From contig OX597835.1 of NCBI GenBank assembly GCA_951406725.2, positions 13,020,001-13,084,000 of the forward strand: a stretch of 64,000 bases of DNA. The letters are read 5' to 3'. Numbering within the stretch: the stretch's first letter is position 1; each line of letters opens with the position of its first letter. Source of the stretch: Octopus vulgaris (Eukaryota). The position numbers and the translations under genes were made by a program. The notes below the pieces were generated by a model, which saw only the letters and a list, made by a program, of their open reading frames with translations, had not been told where the DNA came from and did not search any database. Of this stretch, positions 1 to 14,325 are shown one piece after another.

Positions 1-73
1 ACAACGTAACGACAGACGAAATACGGCTGCACATTTTGCCTGGCGTGATAACGTTTCTGCCAGCTCGCCGCCT
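1..73 (-). mobile_element. 5' head of tRNA-derived Meta-domain-like SINE (family M), cut by window edge
   Basis: Reverse complement reads GGCGGCGAGCTGGCAGAAACGTTATCACGCCAGGCAAAATG..., matching the heads at 31576 and 36721. Confidence 0.8.
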
Positions 74-219
74 TCATGCCACTTTTCTTTCTGGCTTTAC
101 AGTGCGAGCCTGGTCACTCCACTAGCAATGTGTCCCAAAGAAGAACAAAGAGCAGTGATCCAAGAGATGGTAACGGTAAACCAGTTCACCATTAGCATCT
201 CTCGAGCTTACTCCAGTAG

Positions 220-611
220 TAGAGATTAATGAGTGTCCTGCCTCCTCTTCATGCATTACACTCGTCTGGCCACTTCTAAACTTCTCGATCCACTCATACA
301 CACTTCTACACGCTAGTCCACTGTCCCGTCCCTGTGTTGTGCTAAAAGTCTCCGATGAATTTCAGCACCTGACACACCTTCCGACCACAGAAATCAGATC
401 ACTGGTCTTTGCCCTTCTTTGGTGCACCTTGCTAGTGGAGCGACCATTCTTACACTGCAAAACCAGAAATAAGAATGGTGTGATCAGACACAAACTTCGA
501 TCACAGGACCACAATAATACCAACTATAAGCTTGCATGTGCAGAATGCAATGTAACACTAATAAAGATATGTTATGGCAAAAGTGTGGATAATTTTTGAC
601 TTCCCCATGTA
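220..611 (-). mobile_element. mariner transposon 5' relic: TIR plus degenerate transposase N-terminal HTH
   Basis: Minus strand starts TACATGGGGAAGTCAAAAATTATCC (mariner-type TIR). ATG at 447 gives MVAPLARCTKEGQRPVI*FLWSEGVSGAEIHRRLLAQH, then after a frameshift RSVYEWIEKFRSGQTSV. Confidence 0.85.
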
Positions 612-638
612 TATACATGCACATATATATACACATGT

Positions 639-706
<68 letters not shown>

Positions 707-736
707 ATACATATATATATATACATATATATATAC

Positions 737-791
<55 letters not shown>

Positions 792-1579
792 TATATATAT
801 CTATATATATACATATACACCTTTGTATATGTGTATGAATTTATTTATATACGTGTGTGTGTGTGTATGTGTGTGTGTGTATATATAGCTATATCAGTAT
901 GCAAAACAGACATCTGAAAGGCCGCCATGTATATTTATGTATATATGGTATTATGGTATGTTTTTATTGATTTTGCTTGGAAGCTAAATACATATGAAAT
1001 AGACTTCACCGCTCTTATCTTGTATTCCTATATCTAAATGCATCTTCCTCGCCTCACTGTCTCTCTCTCTCTCCCGCCCCTGCTGGCCCCTCCCCCTCCC
1101 CCACCCCGTTCTCTTCCCGTCCTTTTTCTCTCGTACACTTACACGTAGATACTCCCTCTTTTACCCCACCCCACCCCTTGTAATACAAGAACACACGTAC
1201 ATCCTCTCTGGTTCCCCCTTCATCTAGATCTTCATCTATGTACGTGTATGTGTGTGTATGTGCAACTATATACTATATATATATATATAGGTATGTATGT
1301 ATATATATACAGACATAGAGAAGGATATAGACTTCTGTATTTATACATGCATACACAAAGACACGCATAGACACACATAGACACACATGTACACGTACAT
1401 ATATATATAATGTACCCACCTTGGGATACTTAGTGAAAAGGACAATAACGCCTTTTTGTAATTTAATAGAAAATCTACAGAAATTATCAATTAATCATGA
1501 TTGTTGTCTTGGTAACCGAATTAACTATTATAACAGGAGTTTCTTCCATTGTATCACTTTGATGTATAAATATATACAG

Positions 1580-1639
<60 letters not shown>

Positions 1640-1646
1640 CGATATA

Positions 1647-1715
<69 letters not shown>

Positions 1716-1853
1716 CGATATATACACACACACACACACACACACATAATCATATTTGTATATACATATACATATAAATATATATGTATATATATATATA
1801 TACACACATACATAAGCAATTATATTTATATATATTCATCTACATATAAATAT

Positions 1854-1895
<42 letters not shown>

Positions 1896-1956
1896 GTGTG
1901 TGTATATATATGTCCCACCCATGCCAGCATGGAAGGTGGATTTTGGTGATGATGAT

Positions 1957-1990
<34 letters not shown>

Positions 1991-2025
1991 CTTATGTAGT
2001 TTGTAAATATATATACTTATATAAT

Positions 2026-2058
<33 letters not shown>

Positions 2059-2699
2059 TGTATATATATATATATATATATAGATTCTATTTCATTGTAC
2101 TTGTTGAATTGTATTAATTTGTTATTGTATGATATTACATTGTTGTTGTAGCTTATTATTGTATTTAAACTGTGTTGTTGTTGCTTTCTTTCCATTTTGT
2201 TTTTATTGTGTTTCTCTCTTGTTTTGTTTTGTTTTTGTATTGTCTTATTGTATTCAATATTTTTGTATCAAATAATTTTATTAATATCTCATGATATTAC
2301 ATATTATATTGTATTATATTATATTGTGTTATACTGTATCATACTATAGAACCTTGTTGCTTTGTTTTATTACAATATTGCATTATGTAATAATATTGTC
2401 CTGTATCGTATTGTTATGGTATAAATTCTGTGTTGTTACTTCATTGCATTTTGGTGTATACAGTGTGACTATAAATTATCTTTACAACTTCCATACTTTT
2501 AAACTCCATATTGTATAGAGGTTTTATGGACACTCTATAATATTATGTTGTTACACTATAATATTGTATTGTTATTGAAAGCATATTTTTGGTTGCAGTT
2601 ATAAATTTGGAAATTTTTAAAATCAAGTGAAAATTTTCGAATTTCGTATATTGATGTAATTTTTCATACTGAGTTCAAATTTGGGATTTATTTGTTGCG

Positions 2700-3138
2700 C
2701 CGCCCCCGACTGGCCTCGTGCCGGTGACACATAGAAAGCACCATCTGTTCGTGGCCATTGCCAGTCTCGCCTGGGCCCCGTGCCGGTGGCACGTAAAAAG
2801 CACCATCCAATTGTGGCCGTTGCCAGCCTCACGTGGCCCCCGTGCCGGTGGCACATAAAAAGCACCATCCGATCGTGGTCATTTGCCAGCCTCACGTGGC
2901 CCCCGTGCCAGTGGCACATAAAAAGCACCATCCGACTGTGGTCGTTTGCCAGCCTCGTCTGGCACGTAAAAAGCACCCACTACACTCACGGAGTGGTTGG
3001 TGTTAGGAAGGGCATCCAGCCGTAGAAACATTGCCAGATCAGACTGGGCCTGGTGCAGCCTTCTGGCTTCCCAGACCCCAGTTGAACCGTCCAACCCATG
3101 CTAGCATGGAAAGCGGATGCTAAACGATGATGATGATG
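2700..3138 (+). mobile_element. RTE-like LINE 3' UTR fragment (family R) with ~57-bp internal repeats and (GAT)n tail
   Basis: Repeated GTGGCAC(G/A)TAAAAAGCACCATCC units, then GGAAGGGCATCCAGCCGTAGAAAC...CCATGCTAGCATGG...GATGATGAT; the same family follows an RTE-like ORF end at 42632. Confidence 0.75.
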
Positions 3139-3552
3139 TTACAAAAGTTCAAAGTTTGACCATTTTTTTAGTCCAATAAGAAGACAAGAATCAGAGGCTG
3201 GGCATTTTCTGCATGATCGCTGTCTTTTAGAAAATGACGGACAGATATAACAACAAGCACAAAATGATACCACATGTCAAAAGTGCCACAGTCGTCTGCC
3301 CTGTCTTCATTATAACAAGGACGCTAAGTCTTGTACTACAGCGTCCTTGTTACAATGAAGACGAGGTAACCTATAGTTTTACTTGTTACTATGGAAACAG
3401 ACACCAATGTGAAATTTACAGTCATGTGTGTACAATGGTAGCTTTTGATTGGCTGAAATTACCCAAAATTTGCAAACTTTATAAGCTGTTAACTCTTTAA
3501 TTTATTCGTTTATGACAAAAATGAATTTCATTTTCATAATTAGCATACAAGT

Positions 3553-4035
<483 letters not shown>

Positions 4036-4051
4036 AATCTGTGAAACAAAA

Positions 4052-4085
<34 letters not shown>

Positions 4086-4239
4086 GATGATGATGATGTT
4101 GATGTTGTCTATGTCAGAGTACCGAAGGCAGGCTTTCTTTTTGGTAATCAGAGTTTGTTTTTCTGTGGAACTGAACCCAGAATGATGTGGTTGGTAAGCA
4201 AACTTCTTAGCACACAGCCATGTTCCCTCTCCCATCCCA

Positions 4240-4376
4240 CTATCATCACCACCACCACCACCACCAGCATCACCCCCCCCCCCCACCACCATCACCATCA
4301 CCATCACCACCACCACCACCACCACCACCCCACCACCACCACCACCCCACCCCACAACCACCACCACCACCACCAC

Positions 4377-4430
<54 letters not shown>

Positions 4431-4435
4431 CATCG

Positions 4436-4483
<48 letters not shown>

Positions 4484-4495
4484 CCATCATCATTT
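4240..4495. repeat. (CAC)n/(CAT)n trinucleotide microsatellite
   Basis: Direct reading; source of the poly-His/Met/Asp ORFs. Confidence 0.95.
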
Positions 4496-5459
4496 AGCAT
4501 CCGCTTCCCATGCTGCCTGGGTTAGACAGTTTGACTGGAACAGGGGGCACCGGAGGGTCGTACCAGGGGTCAGTTTGATTTTGGCCTGGTTTCTATGGCC
4601 AGATGGCCTTCACCCTTACGTATTTAATATTTCGCATTTGACTAAACTATCATGGTCCAAATTTAATAAGAATATCAAACGAAGGGGCATCCAGCCATAG
4701 CAACCACACCAAAGCAGATATTGGCATTTGGTGCAGCCCCTCTTGCTTGCCAGCTCCTGTGGAATCAGTCAACTCATACCAGCATGGAAAGCAGAAAATA
4801 AATAATGATGATGGTCATAGCAAACTGGATTCACACTCTATACATTTGTTTATCAACTAAATGCAGATTGCTTCTTTCAATGTGTTTTGTGTTGTCAATA
4901 ATTTCAACATGGCCAATGCGCAAACAGTGTCTGTATGGATTATCGTGTTTTTTTTTTTCCCCTTTCCTTAGTGATTGCCTAGCATTAACAATTTTGTTAA
5001 TAACTAATGTACACATTTAGGAATAAGAGACGTGATGACAATCAGAAATGAAACCGGGAGAAATGTCATGAAGATATAAATATTGGGTAACAAAAAAAAA
5101 AAAAACCATTCTAAAAGGAGGAGATTAATTGGAGGAAAATGTTTTGTCTTGTCTACGACGACAGCAACAACTCCCAGTCTTTTGTGTTACTTAGTTGAAT
5201 CCATTTTTGTTGAAAGCATTTAGAATAGAATTCAGGTTTCAGTGCAATTTGCTGCCCAGCAATCAATAGGCCTTGGTGTGAATGTGTGATTGAGAACTAC
5301 TAGGTTGCGGGTTCAGTCCCACTGCACAGCATCATAGGTAAGTGTCTTCTGCTATAGCTAACCAAAACTTTGTGAATAGATTTGTTGAAAGGAAACCACA
5401 GAGAAGCTTGTGGAATATATATATATATATATATCATCATATATATATATATGTATGTA

Positions 5460-5832
5460 TGACACGTAAAAAGCACCACCTGACCGTGGCCATATGCCAG
5501 CGCCGCCCCGACTGTGCCTCCGTACCGGTGGCACGTAAAAAGCACCACCTGACTGTGGCCATTGCCAGCGCCTCACCTGGCCCGCGTGCCAGTGGGACGT
5601 AAAAAGCACCATCCGATTGTGGCCGTTTGCCAGCCTCATCTGGCACCTGTGCTGGTGGCACATAAAAAGCACCCACTACACTCACGGAGTGGTTGGCGTT
5701 AGGAAGGGCATCCAGCCATAGAAACATTGCCAGATCAGACTGGAGCCTGGTGCAGCCTCCTGGCTTCCCAGAGCCCAGTTGAACCATCCAACCCATGCTA
5801 GCATGGAAAACGGATGTTAAACGATGATGATA
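5460..5832 (+). mobile_element. Family R RTE-like 3' UTR fragment
   Basis: Same internal repeats and 3' end as 2700-3138. Confidence 0.75.
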
Positions 5833-5834
5833 TA

Positions 5835-6197
5835 TGGCTGTGTGGCAAGAAGCTTACCAGCCACATGGTTCTGGGTTTAGTCCCACTGCGTGGCACCATG
5901 GGCAAGTGTCTTCTACTATAGCCTTTATCCCACTAAAGCCTTGTGAATGGATTTGGTAGATGGAAACTGAAAGATGCCTGTCATATATATGCATATATGT
6001 GTGTGCATGTGAGTGTGTGCATGTGAGTGTGTGCATGTGTGTGTGTGCATGCATGTGTGTATGTATGCATGTCTGTGTTTGTCCTACCCCCACCATCGCT
6101 TACAAAGAATAAATCCTGGGATTGACTTGTTTGACTAAAGGTGGTGCTCCAGCATGGGGGCAGTCAAATGACTGAAACAAATAAAAGAGTAAAAGAG
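5835..6197 (+). mobile_element. Family A SINE, internally deleted
   Basis: GGCTGTGTGG head, GGCAAGTGTCTTC core, GACTGAAAC...AAAAGAG tail. Confidence 0.8.
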
Positions 6198-6246
6198 TAT
6201 ATGGTGTGGTGAATAAACTGCCGTCTGAATTACACAAAAATGAATA

Positions 6247-6679
6247 TGTAGGGGTCACCAATTGTAACAGGATCTGGTATCGGTATCACTGAAGGGGTGT
6301 CGATCCGATCCCGTCACATACAATTTAGTTAGATATAACAGACGAAGTCAGGTCATCTGGGAAAAACAGCAGTGTTGTTTATTATTCGTGATGGTGTACG
6401 TATTTCTGAAGGGAAAACGACAGCCAAATCTGTTGTACAGCTTCTTGTTGGTTGGTTGAAGTGGTTCGATGTCGTCCGCGGCTAAGTCGGTATAGTTATC
6501 AGAGACTACCAATGCACGTCTGTTCACGATGGCTGAAATGCCCAGAGAGGATGAATGAGTGAGTGTGCCTTAGGGGGTCAGTTTCCCGCACATGCGCATG
6601 GGGAAGACTTCCGGTGGCCACCCGGAAGTAGTCCCATTCTGCGCATGTGCGCTGAACCTTACACAGCAGCATCACTACA
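6247..6679 (-). mobile_element. Solo LTR (Gypsy-like), 433 bp
   Basis: TGTAG...CTACA inverted termini, 4-bp target duplication AATA (6243-6246, 6680-6683), AATAAA on the minus strand near 6380. Confidence 0.75.
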
Positions 6680-6759
6680 AATATGACACTGGTATCTCAT
6701 TTTAACAGATATATTTACCAAAATTATGTAAAAATATTTTGAAACACTAAAGAGTAAAT

Positions 6760-7251
6760 TTATTCAATAAAATCGCCATTGACTTCAACCATGGCCTCCA
6801 GCCAACTTTGGAATCTCCTGCAACTCTTTTGGATAGTCACCTTGTTTAAATTGGTGGATGCTGCCATAATCCTTGCCTTCAGTTCATCTTTGGTGTTACA
6901 AGGAGTTTTGTTGGTCTCTTGCTCAACTGCACCCCACACATAATAATCAAGGGGGTTGCAGTCTGGGGAGTTAGGTGGCCAGATGTTAGGGGTGATGTGG
7001 TTGCAGAAATTGTCTGACATCCATGACTGGGGTCTGCTTGTGTGGCATGGTGCAGAGTCCTGTTGCTGGACATAGGGTTTTCCAGTAGTAACTGTCTTGA
7101 CACAGGGCAGTGCTACCTTATTCAGGCACTTGATGTAGGACTCCATATTGAGTCTGAGGCCATATAAGAAGATAAATGGAGGCATAACGTTGCCATCACT
7201 AGTGATCACTCCAAACACCATGATGTTGACTGGATGTTTGATTTTTATCAC
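6760..7251 (-). pseudogene. maT/DD37D-type transposase catalytic-domain fragment
   Basis: MVFGVITSDG...QQDSAPCHTS...WPPNSPDCNPLDYYVWG motifs; 36 residues between the 2nd and 3rd D; N-terminal part missing. Confidence 0.9.
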
Positions 7252-7503
7252 TCTCAGAACATGTCCTCAGATTGACACCCAAACACTCTGAAATATTTGT
7301 ACTGGAGCTTCCAGTGCAAATGCCAAGCAGTACTGCATGTCATTTCCAAATTTGTGGAAGAGTGAATTGTGTCATGGTGCTGGTTTTCTCACAGACGATG
7401 CCCAACTGACCCTACTATACTGTGTAGTCAACAAAATCAAAAACAAACAATGTGCACGCGCGAAATTAAAAGTATAAAATGGCAGCAATTTATTCATTGC
7501 AGC

Positions 7504-7610
<107 letters not shown>

Positions 7611-7611
7611 C

Positions 7612-7642
<31 letters not shown>

Positions 7643-7667
7643 CATATATATACATATACATATATAC

Positions 7668-7723
<56 letters not shown>

Positions 7724-7981
7724 GTATGCATATATGTATGTGTGTTTGTATCTGTGTTTGTCCCTCTGACCATCACTTGACTACTGATGTTGGAGTGTTT
7801 ACGTCCCTATAACATAGCAGTTGGGCAAAAGAGACCAATAGAATAAGTACCAGGTTTACAAAGAATAAGTCCAGGGGTCGACTTCTTCAACTAAAAGGCA
7901 GTGCTCCAGCATGGCCACAGTCAAACTGACTGAAACAAGTAAAAGAATACAAGAATAAAAGAATATATATATATATATATA

Positions 7982-8323
<342 letters not shown>

Positions 8324-8372
8324 GTGGTTAGGATTCCTGGCTTTCACCCAGGAGGCCTGGGTTCCATTCCCC
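8324..8372 (+). pseudogene. tRNA-Glu(TTC)-derived fragment lacking the acceptor stem
   Basis: GTGGTTAGGATTCCTGGCTTTCACCCAGGAGGCCTGGGTTCCATTCCC matches the D, anticodon (TTC) and T arms of eukaryotic tRNA-Glu; embedded between (TG)n and (GAT)n. Confidence 0.7.
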
Positions 8373-8376
8373 CAGC

Positions 8377-8407
<31 letters not shown>

Positions 8408-8879
8408 CTATTACCATGATGGTCATGAAAGATCATGTAATGACTGTAAAAAGGAGCATCACAAGGGCCTGTCCCCTTTTATCGTCAGACATTTCATAAA
8501 AAACAAGGACCAAAAATAAACTCCGCAAAAAAAAACCAAAGAAAAATAATTTCCTCTCAGATATTTTTAACCGTAGGATTTGTGTTTGTCCCCTTCTATT
8601 TTATAGGGTATTTTTTTCTTTTTTTCCAATTGGCACTGAATTTTTCCCCTCTGGCACCAGATTGGATGTGAGACAACATATGGAACACTGCCAGATTTAT
8701 TGCAGATTTATTTCTTAGGCTGACATTTTAATATATAATGCAGTTGAATGCATGTGTTGCATATTGTGCAGATTTGCATTTCAAGCAGGATTGCAGGGAA
8801 GATACAAGAATGAGATTAAACAAAACAAGGGAATGTTAAGTCTGCATGTGGCCGTATACATATGTATATGTGGGCGTAT

Positions 8880-9220
8880 ATCATCATCATCATCATCGTT
8901 TAACGTCCGTTCTCCATGCTAGCATGGGTTGGATGGTTCGACCGGGGATCTGGGAAGCCAGAAGACTGCACCAGGCTCCAGTCTTATCTGGCAGTGTTTC
9001 TACAGCTGGATGCCCTTCCTAACGCCAACCACTCCGTGAGTGTAGTGGGTGCTTTTTACGTGCCACCTGCACAGGTGCCAGGCGAGGCTGGCAACGGCCA
9101 CGGTCGGATTGGTGTATTTTACGTGCCACCGGCATGGAAGCCAGTCGAGGTGGCGCTGGCATCGGCCACAAGTCGGATAGTGCTTTTTCGTACCACCAGA
9201 CCAGGGATCCTGGCTGGTTC
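8880..9220 (-). mobile_element. Family R RTE-like 3' UTR fragment
   Basis: (CAT)n then CCATGCTAGCATGGG...GGATGCCCTTCCTAACGCCAACC. Confidence 0.75.
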
Positions 9221-9256
9221 AATTTGATTTCGATGTCTAAATATATATATATATAT

Positions 9257-9465
9257 TCTTTGATTTGTTTCAGTCATTTGACTGTGGCCATGCTGGAACA
9301 CCACCTTTATTCGAACAAATTGACCCCAGGACTTATTCTTTGCAAGCCTAGTACTTATTCCATCAGTCTCTTTTGCTGAACCTCTAAGTAACGGGGGCCG
9401 TAAACACACCATCGGTTGTCAAGCGATGGTGGGGGACAAACACAGACACAGGCAGACACACACAT

Positions 9466-9498
<33 letters not shown>

Positions 9499-9682
9499 CA
9501 CACACACATACACACATATATATGTATATACGAGGGGCTTCTTTCAGTTTCCATCTACCAAATCCACTCACAAGGCTTTGGTTGGTTTGAGGCTAAAGTA
9601 GAAGACATTTGCCCAAGGTGCCACACTTTGGGACTGAACCCAGAATCATGTGGTTGGTAAGCAACCTACTTACCACACAGCC
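9257..9682 (-). mobile_element. Family A SINE
   Basis: Reverse complement of the family A consensus with internal (CA)n. Confidence 0.85.
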
Positions 9683-9683
9683 A

Positions 9684-9804
<121 letters not shown>

Positions 9805-10014
9805 TTGTGTGTCTGTGTTTGTCCCTCTAGCATTGCTTGACAACCGATGCTGGTGTGTTTACGTCCCCGTCACTTAGCAGTTCAGCAAAAGAGACTGATA
9901 GAATAAGTACTGGGCTTACAAAGAATAAGTCCCGGGGTCGATTTGCTCAACTAAAGGCGGTACTCCAGCATGGCCGCAGTGAAATGACTGAAACAAGTAA
10001 AAGAGTAAAGAGAG

Positions 10015-10049
<35 letters not shown>

Positions 10050-10059
10050 TGAGAGAGAG

Positions 10060-10124
<65 letters not shown>

Positions 10125-10130
10125 CATGCA

Positions 10131-10353
10131 AATGAGGGTGTGTTGAAAAGTTACAGGCTTTAGGTAAAAGAAAATACAGGACAGTCAGTCAGTTATGATT
10201 GTATATTCAAAATATTCCTCTCTCAGATTCACACACTTATTGCAGCGGTCATCCACTTTTCCTAAGCCCTGTAAAAGAACTCGAAAGGCTGGGCCTCCAA
10301 CCAGGCCTTTCGCAATACCCTTAAAGCAGGGAACTTTTCAGCATCCCCTTGTA
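10131..10353. mobile_element. mariner-type MITE
   Basis: Imperfect TIRs ATGAGGGTGTGTTGAAAAGTT and AACTTTTCAGCATCCCCTTGTA. Confidence 0.65.
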
Positions 10354-10482
10354 CATGTGTATAGATATGTGCGTGCGTTTGAACAATTTTCATGATGTTT
10401 CATATTTAGATGCTTTTATTAATTTCATTCAGTTGTTAAACATAAATAAATCTTAGAATTAAATGTTTTTGATTTACTGTCA

Positions 10483-10670
10483 GGCGATTTTTTTTCCTCT
10501 GTCTTCCCTTCTCTGGATTTTTCCTTCTCCTATGTTTCCGACGAAGAGCTCCGCTCGAAACGTTAAACCCTCCTGCTTTCCTTCTTTCCTGAGCGTCCAA
10601 TAATACTATATTTGTTCCACGTCCTCGCGTTGTTGTGTTTTTTTGTGCTTTCTTGTTTGGATTAAATTGA
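10483..10670 (+). mobile_element. Penelope-like pLTR fragment (family P1) with HHR-like motif at 10534-10568
   Basis: GTTT-CCGACGA-AGAGC-TCC-GCTC-GAAA-CGTTA-AAC; palindromic stem III AACGTT; ends in (TA)n. Confidence 0.7.
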
Positions 10671-11007
10671 TATATATATATACATACATACAGCAGTCAG
10701 TTATAAGCAAGGTTTTGGTCATTTAGCATCTGGACCACACGACCTCATGTTCCTAAAATTCATATCTACATCTTTATCTATATATTTGCCTTCCCTAAGA
10801 TGTTATTACTTGATTTGAAAACTTTTATATTATTGGAAAACCTATATAAATTAGCTGAAGATTACTCAGCATCTTAAATCTGCTGTGATATTTACAGCTT
10901 TTAATAAAATGTTGTAGTATGAAACAATTCTACTAAATTACCAGATTCATTCTTGTTGCTTATTTTTGATATATATATATATATGTATGTATATATATAT
11001 ATATGTA

Positions 11008-11042
<35 letters not shown>

Positions 11043-11709
11043 GCATGTGTGTATGTTAATGCATGTGCTGTAGTGCAAAAGTACATGTTACCCCACATAT
11101 TTTAAATAGTTATTCAAATAATATTTTTTTTAATCAAATGCAATTAGAACATTAATGAGAAAAAAATTCAAATTTTAATGAAAATCAACAAAAGATAAAA
11201 AAAACAAAAAACATTAATGCTAATGAAAATTAATTTCAAAACACACAAGGGAACGAACTTCTCGACTCCCAGCCACTTAAAAAAAAATATAATAGAGACA
11301 TAGAGAGAGGATGGAGAAAGTCGGCAAGTCTGATGTACGGTAGCTATGGTGATAACGCGAGACAAGTTTCAACCATCTGGGTCATTTCAGTGGTGCGTAA
11401 CTGTGTCTCAGAGATACCAGACGATACTTTGGGTTACCATTCCAATGTCACTATTTGAATGTGCCGAGATTGGCGAATTATTTTCACACAAAAATTTTGC
11501 AGCTATTAGTCATCCTAAGGTCTTGGCAGCTGCAAACGATAATGAAAAAATTACTGTGTCCGCAACTTTCTCACGCTTACAGTCTTCATTTTGATATAGA
11601 TATTGACCGACAATAAAGCAGCGTGTATGAAACTTGCCTATCAGGTGAGATCAATAATTGGTCATGATACTCTCTCTCCTTCCCTCTCACCACCCCCTTC
11701 TCTCTCCAT

Positions 11710-12260
<551 letters not shown>

Positions 12261-13527
12261 TTATGTTTGTATGTACATACGTATGTATTTATGTACAAAT
12301 ATATATGTAGAGAGGCAAACACACACATGTATATGTATATATATGCCATGCTGGTTGGTGTTAGGAAGGGCATCCATCTGTAGAAACCATGGCGAATCAG
12401 ACTGGAGTCTGGTACAGCACCACATCCCCACCCTCGACTTGCCAGCTCTGGTCACACCATCCGACTCATAGTCACAGTCCAATGACTGAAACAAATAAAA
12501 GAATAAAAGCATCATCATCATCATCATCATCATCATTTAACCTCCGTTGTCCATGCTGACATGGGTTTGACGGTTTGACCAGGGCTGGTAAGCAGGAAGG
12601 CTGCACCAGACTCCACTCTGACTTGGCATGGTTCTCTACAGTTGGATGCCCTTCCTAATGCCAGCCACTCAGAGAATGAAACAAACCTAGTTCTTTCTGT
12701 CCATTCAGGTAACTGTAATAGTGTTCCTGTTATCGCCCATGGAAATTGCCTTTCCAAAGTCGGGCCCTTAACGATCCCAACAAATCCATGAAGCTTTGTT
12801 TCTCTATGGAAATTTATTATCAACTAGCTGGAAACCTGTGCCAAAGAATCCCTCATGCAGCCATGGGATCGACATTTTGGAACCTGCCAACCACAATTAT
12901 CTGTGGTGGACCATAAAAATTCATAGAATGTGGTCTGTCAAAGACTTGCTGTTTATGCCAGTCATCAGTAATTGCTGAGTCTTGGGAAATTTGGCAAGAG
13001 CAACAAATGCTTCGTTTGACATCCCGAAAGCCTTAAAAACTGTGTCTCTGTGTATCTGAAATGGGTATCATCTGCCAAAGTTGTCTATTTTGGGGGCCCC
13101 GCCCATATAGCGTCTTTTAGATAAGAAGTTTCCTGTCACATGAAGGGAGAAATCGCAATCTGTGTCAAGGATACTCTTTCTCTCCCTACCTCACTGTCTG
13201 TTGAACGGTCTGTCTGTCTCTATGTCTGTCTGTCTGTCTGTCTCTCCCTAAACTCCAATTTTTATAAAATCTGTTTTACCTCCAACCACAAACATGCAGT
13301 TGATTATACCCCAGCCATGGGGACTGCCTTTCCCACTGGCTAAAGAATGTATATGTATGTTTGTATGCATGCATGTACGTGTATGTATGTATGTATGTAT
13401 GTATGTATGTATGTATGTATGTATGTATATATATATGTATATATGTATGCATGTATGTATGTGTGTATGTGTATATATATATGTATGTGTATATATGTAT
13501 GTCTATATGCTTGTAAAGATGTATATA

Positions 13528-13563
<36 letters not shown>

Positions 13564-13586
13564 TTATATATATTTCTATATATATC

Positions 13587-13631
<45 letters not shown>

Positions 13632-13901
13632 GTGTATATTTGTGTGTACGTGCATATCTTTGTGTGCATGTGTGTGTATTTTTAAGGAAAACAAATATTT
13701 ATTATTTCGTTTTTTGATTTGGTTTGCAGGATTCTTTATGTGAGTTTGCGTGTTGAAACATTTTTTGTTGTGTCTGGGAAAAGTCATTTTCTTTTTGTGC
13801 CTTAAATTATAATTTAACACACTCACCGGTAAAAATTTTTAAAAAACGACTATTGAAAAGGTTGCAAGATGCAACGAAAATTTTAGGAAAAATAAATAAG
13901 T

Positions 13902-14071
13902 AGGTGCAGGAGAAGGTGTGTGGAAAGTAGCTTGCTTACCAACTACATGGTTCTGGGTTCAGTCCCACTGCATGGCACCTTGGGCAAGTGTCTTCTACTA
14001 TATAGCCTTGGGCCGACCAAAGCCTTGTGAGTGGATTGGATTTGGTAGATGGAAACTGAAAGAAGCCTGTC

Positions 14072-14129
<58 letters not shown>

Positions 14130-14325
14130 ATGTTTGTGTGTCTGTGTTTATCACTCCAACATCACTTGACAACCGATGCTGGTGTGTTTGTCTCTGTAAC
14201 TTAGTGGTTCGGCAAAGAGACTGATTGAATAAGTACTAGGCTTACCAAGAATAAGTGCTGGGGTCGATTTGCTCAACTAAAGGCGGTGCTCCAGCATGAC
14301 TGAAACAAGTAAACATAAAAGAAAA
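13902..14325 (+). mobile_element. Family A SINE inserted into a PLE-like remnant
   Basis: The flanks rejoin to give the sequence seen uninterrupted at 56590-56730. Confidence 0.8.

Noticed and set aside
484-2195. YI/CV/HT-repeat ORFs here and throughout the track
   Set aside because: Translations of (TA)n, (TG)n and (TATG)n microsatellites, open in several frames on both strands
12690-13150. Non-repetitive, moderately GC-rich stretch as a possible exon
   Set aside because: No recognisable protein motif in the frames I read and no convincing splice pair
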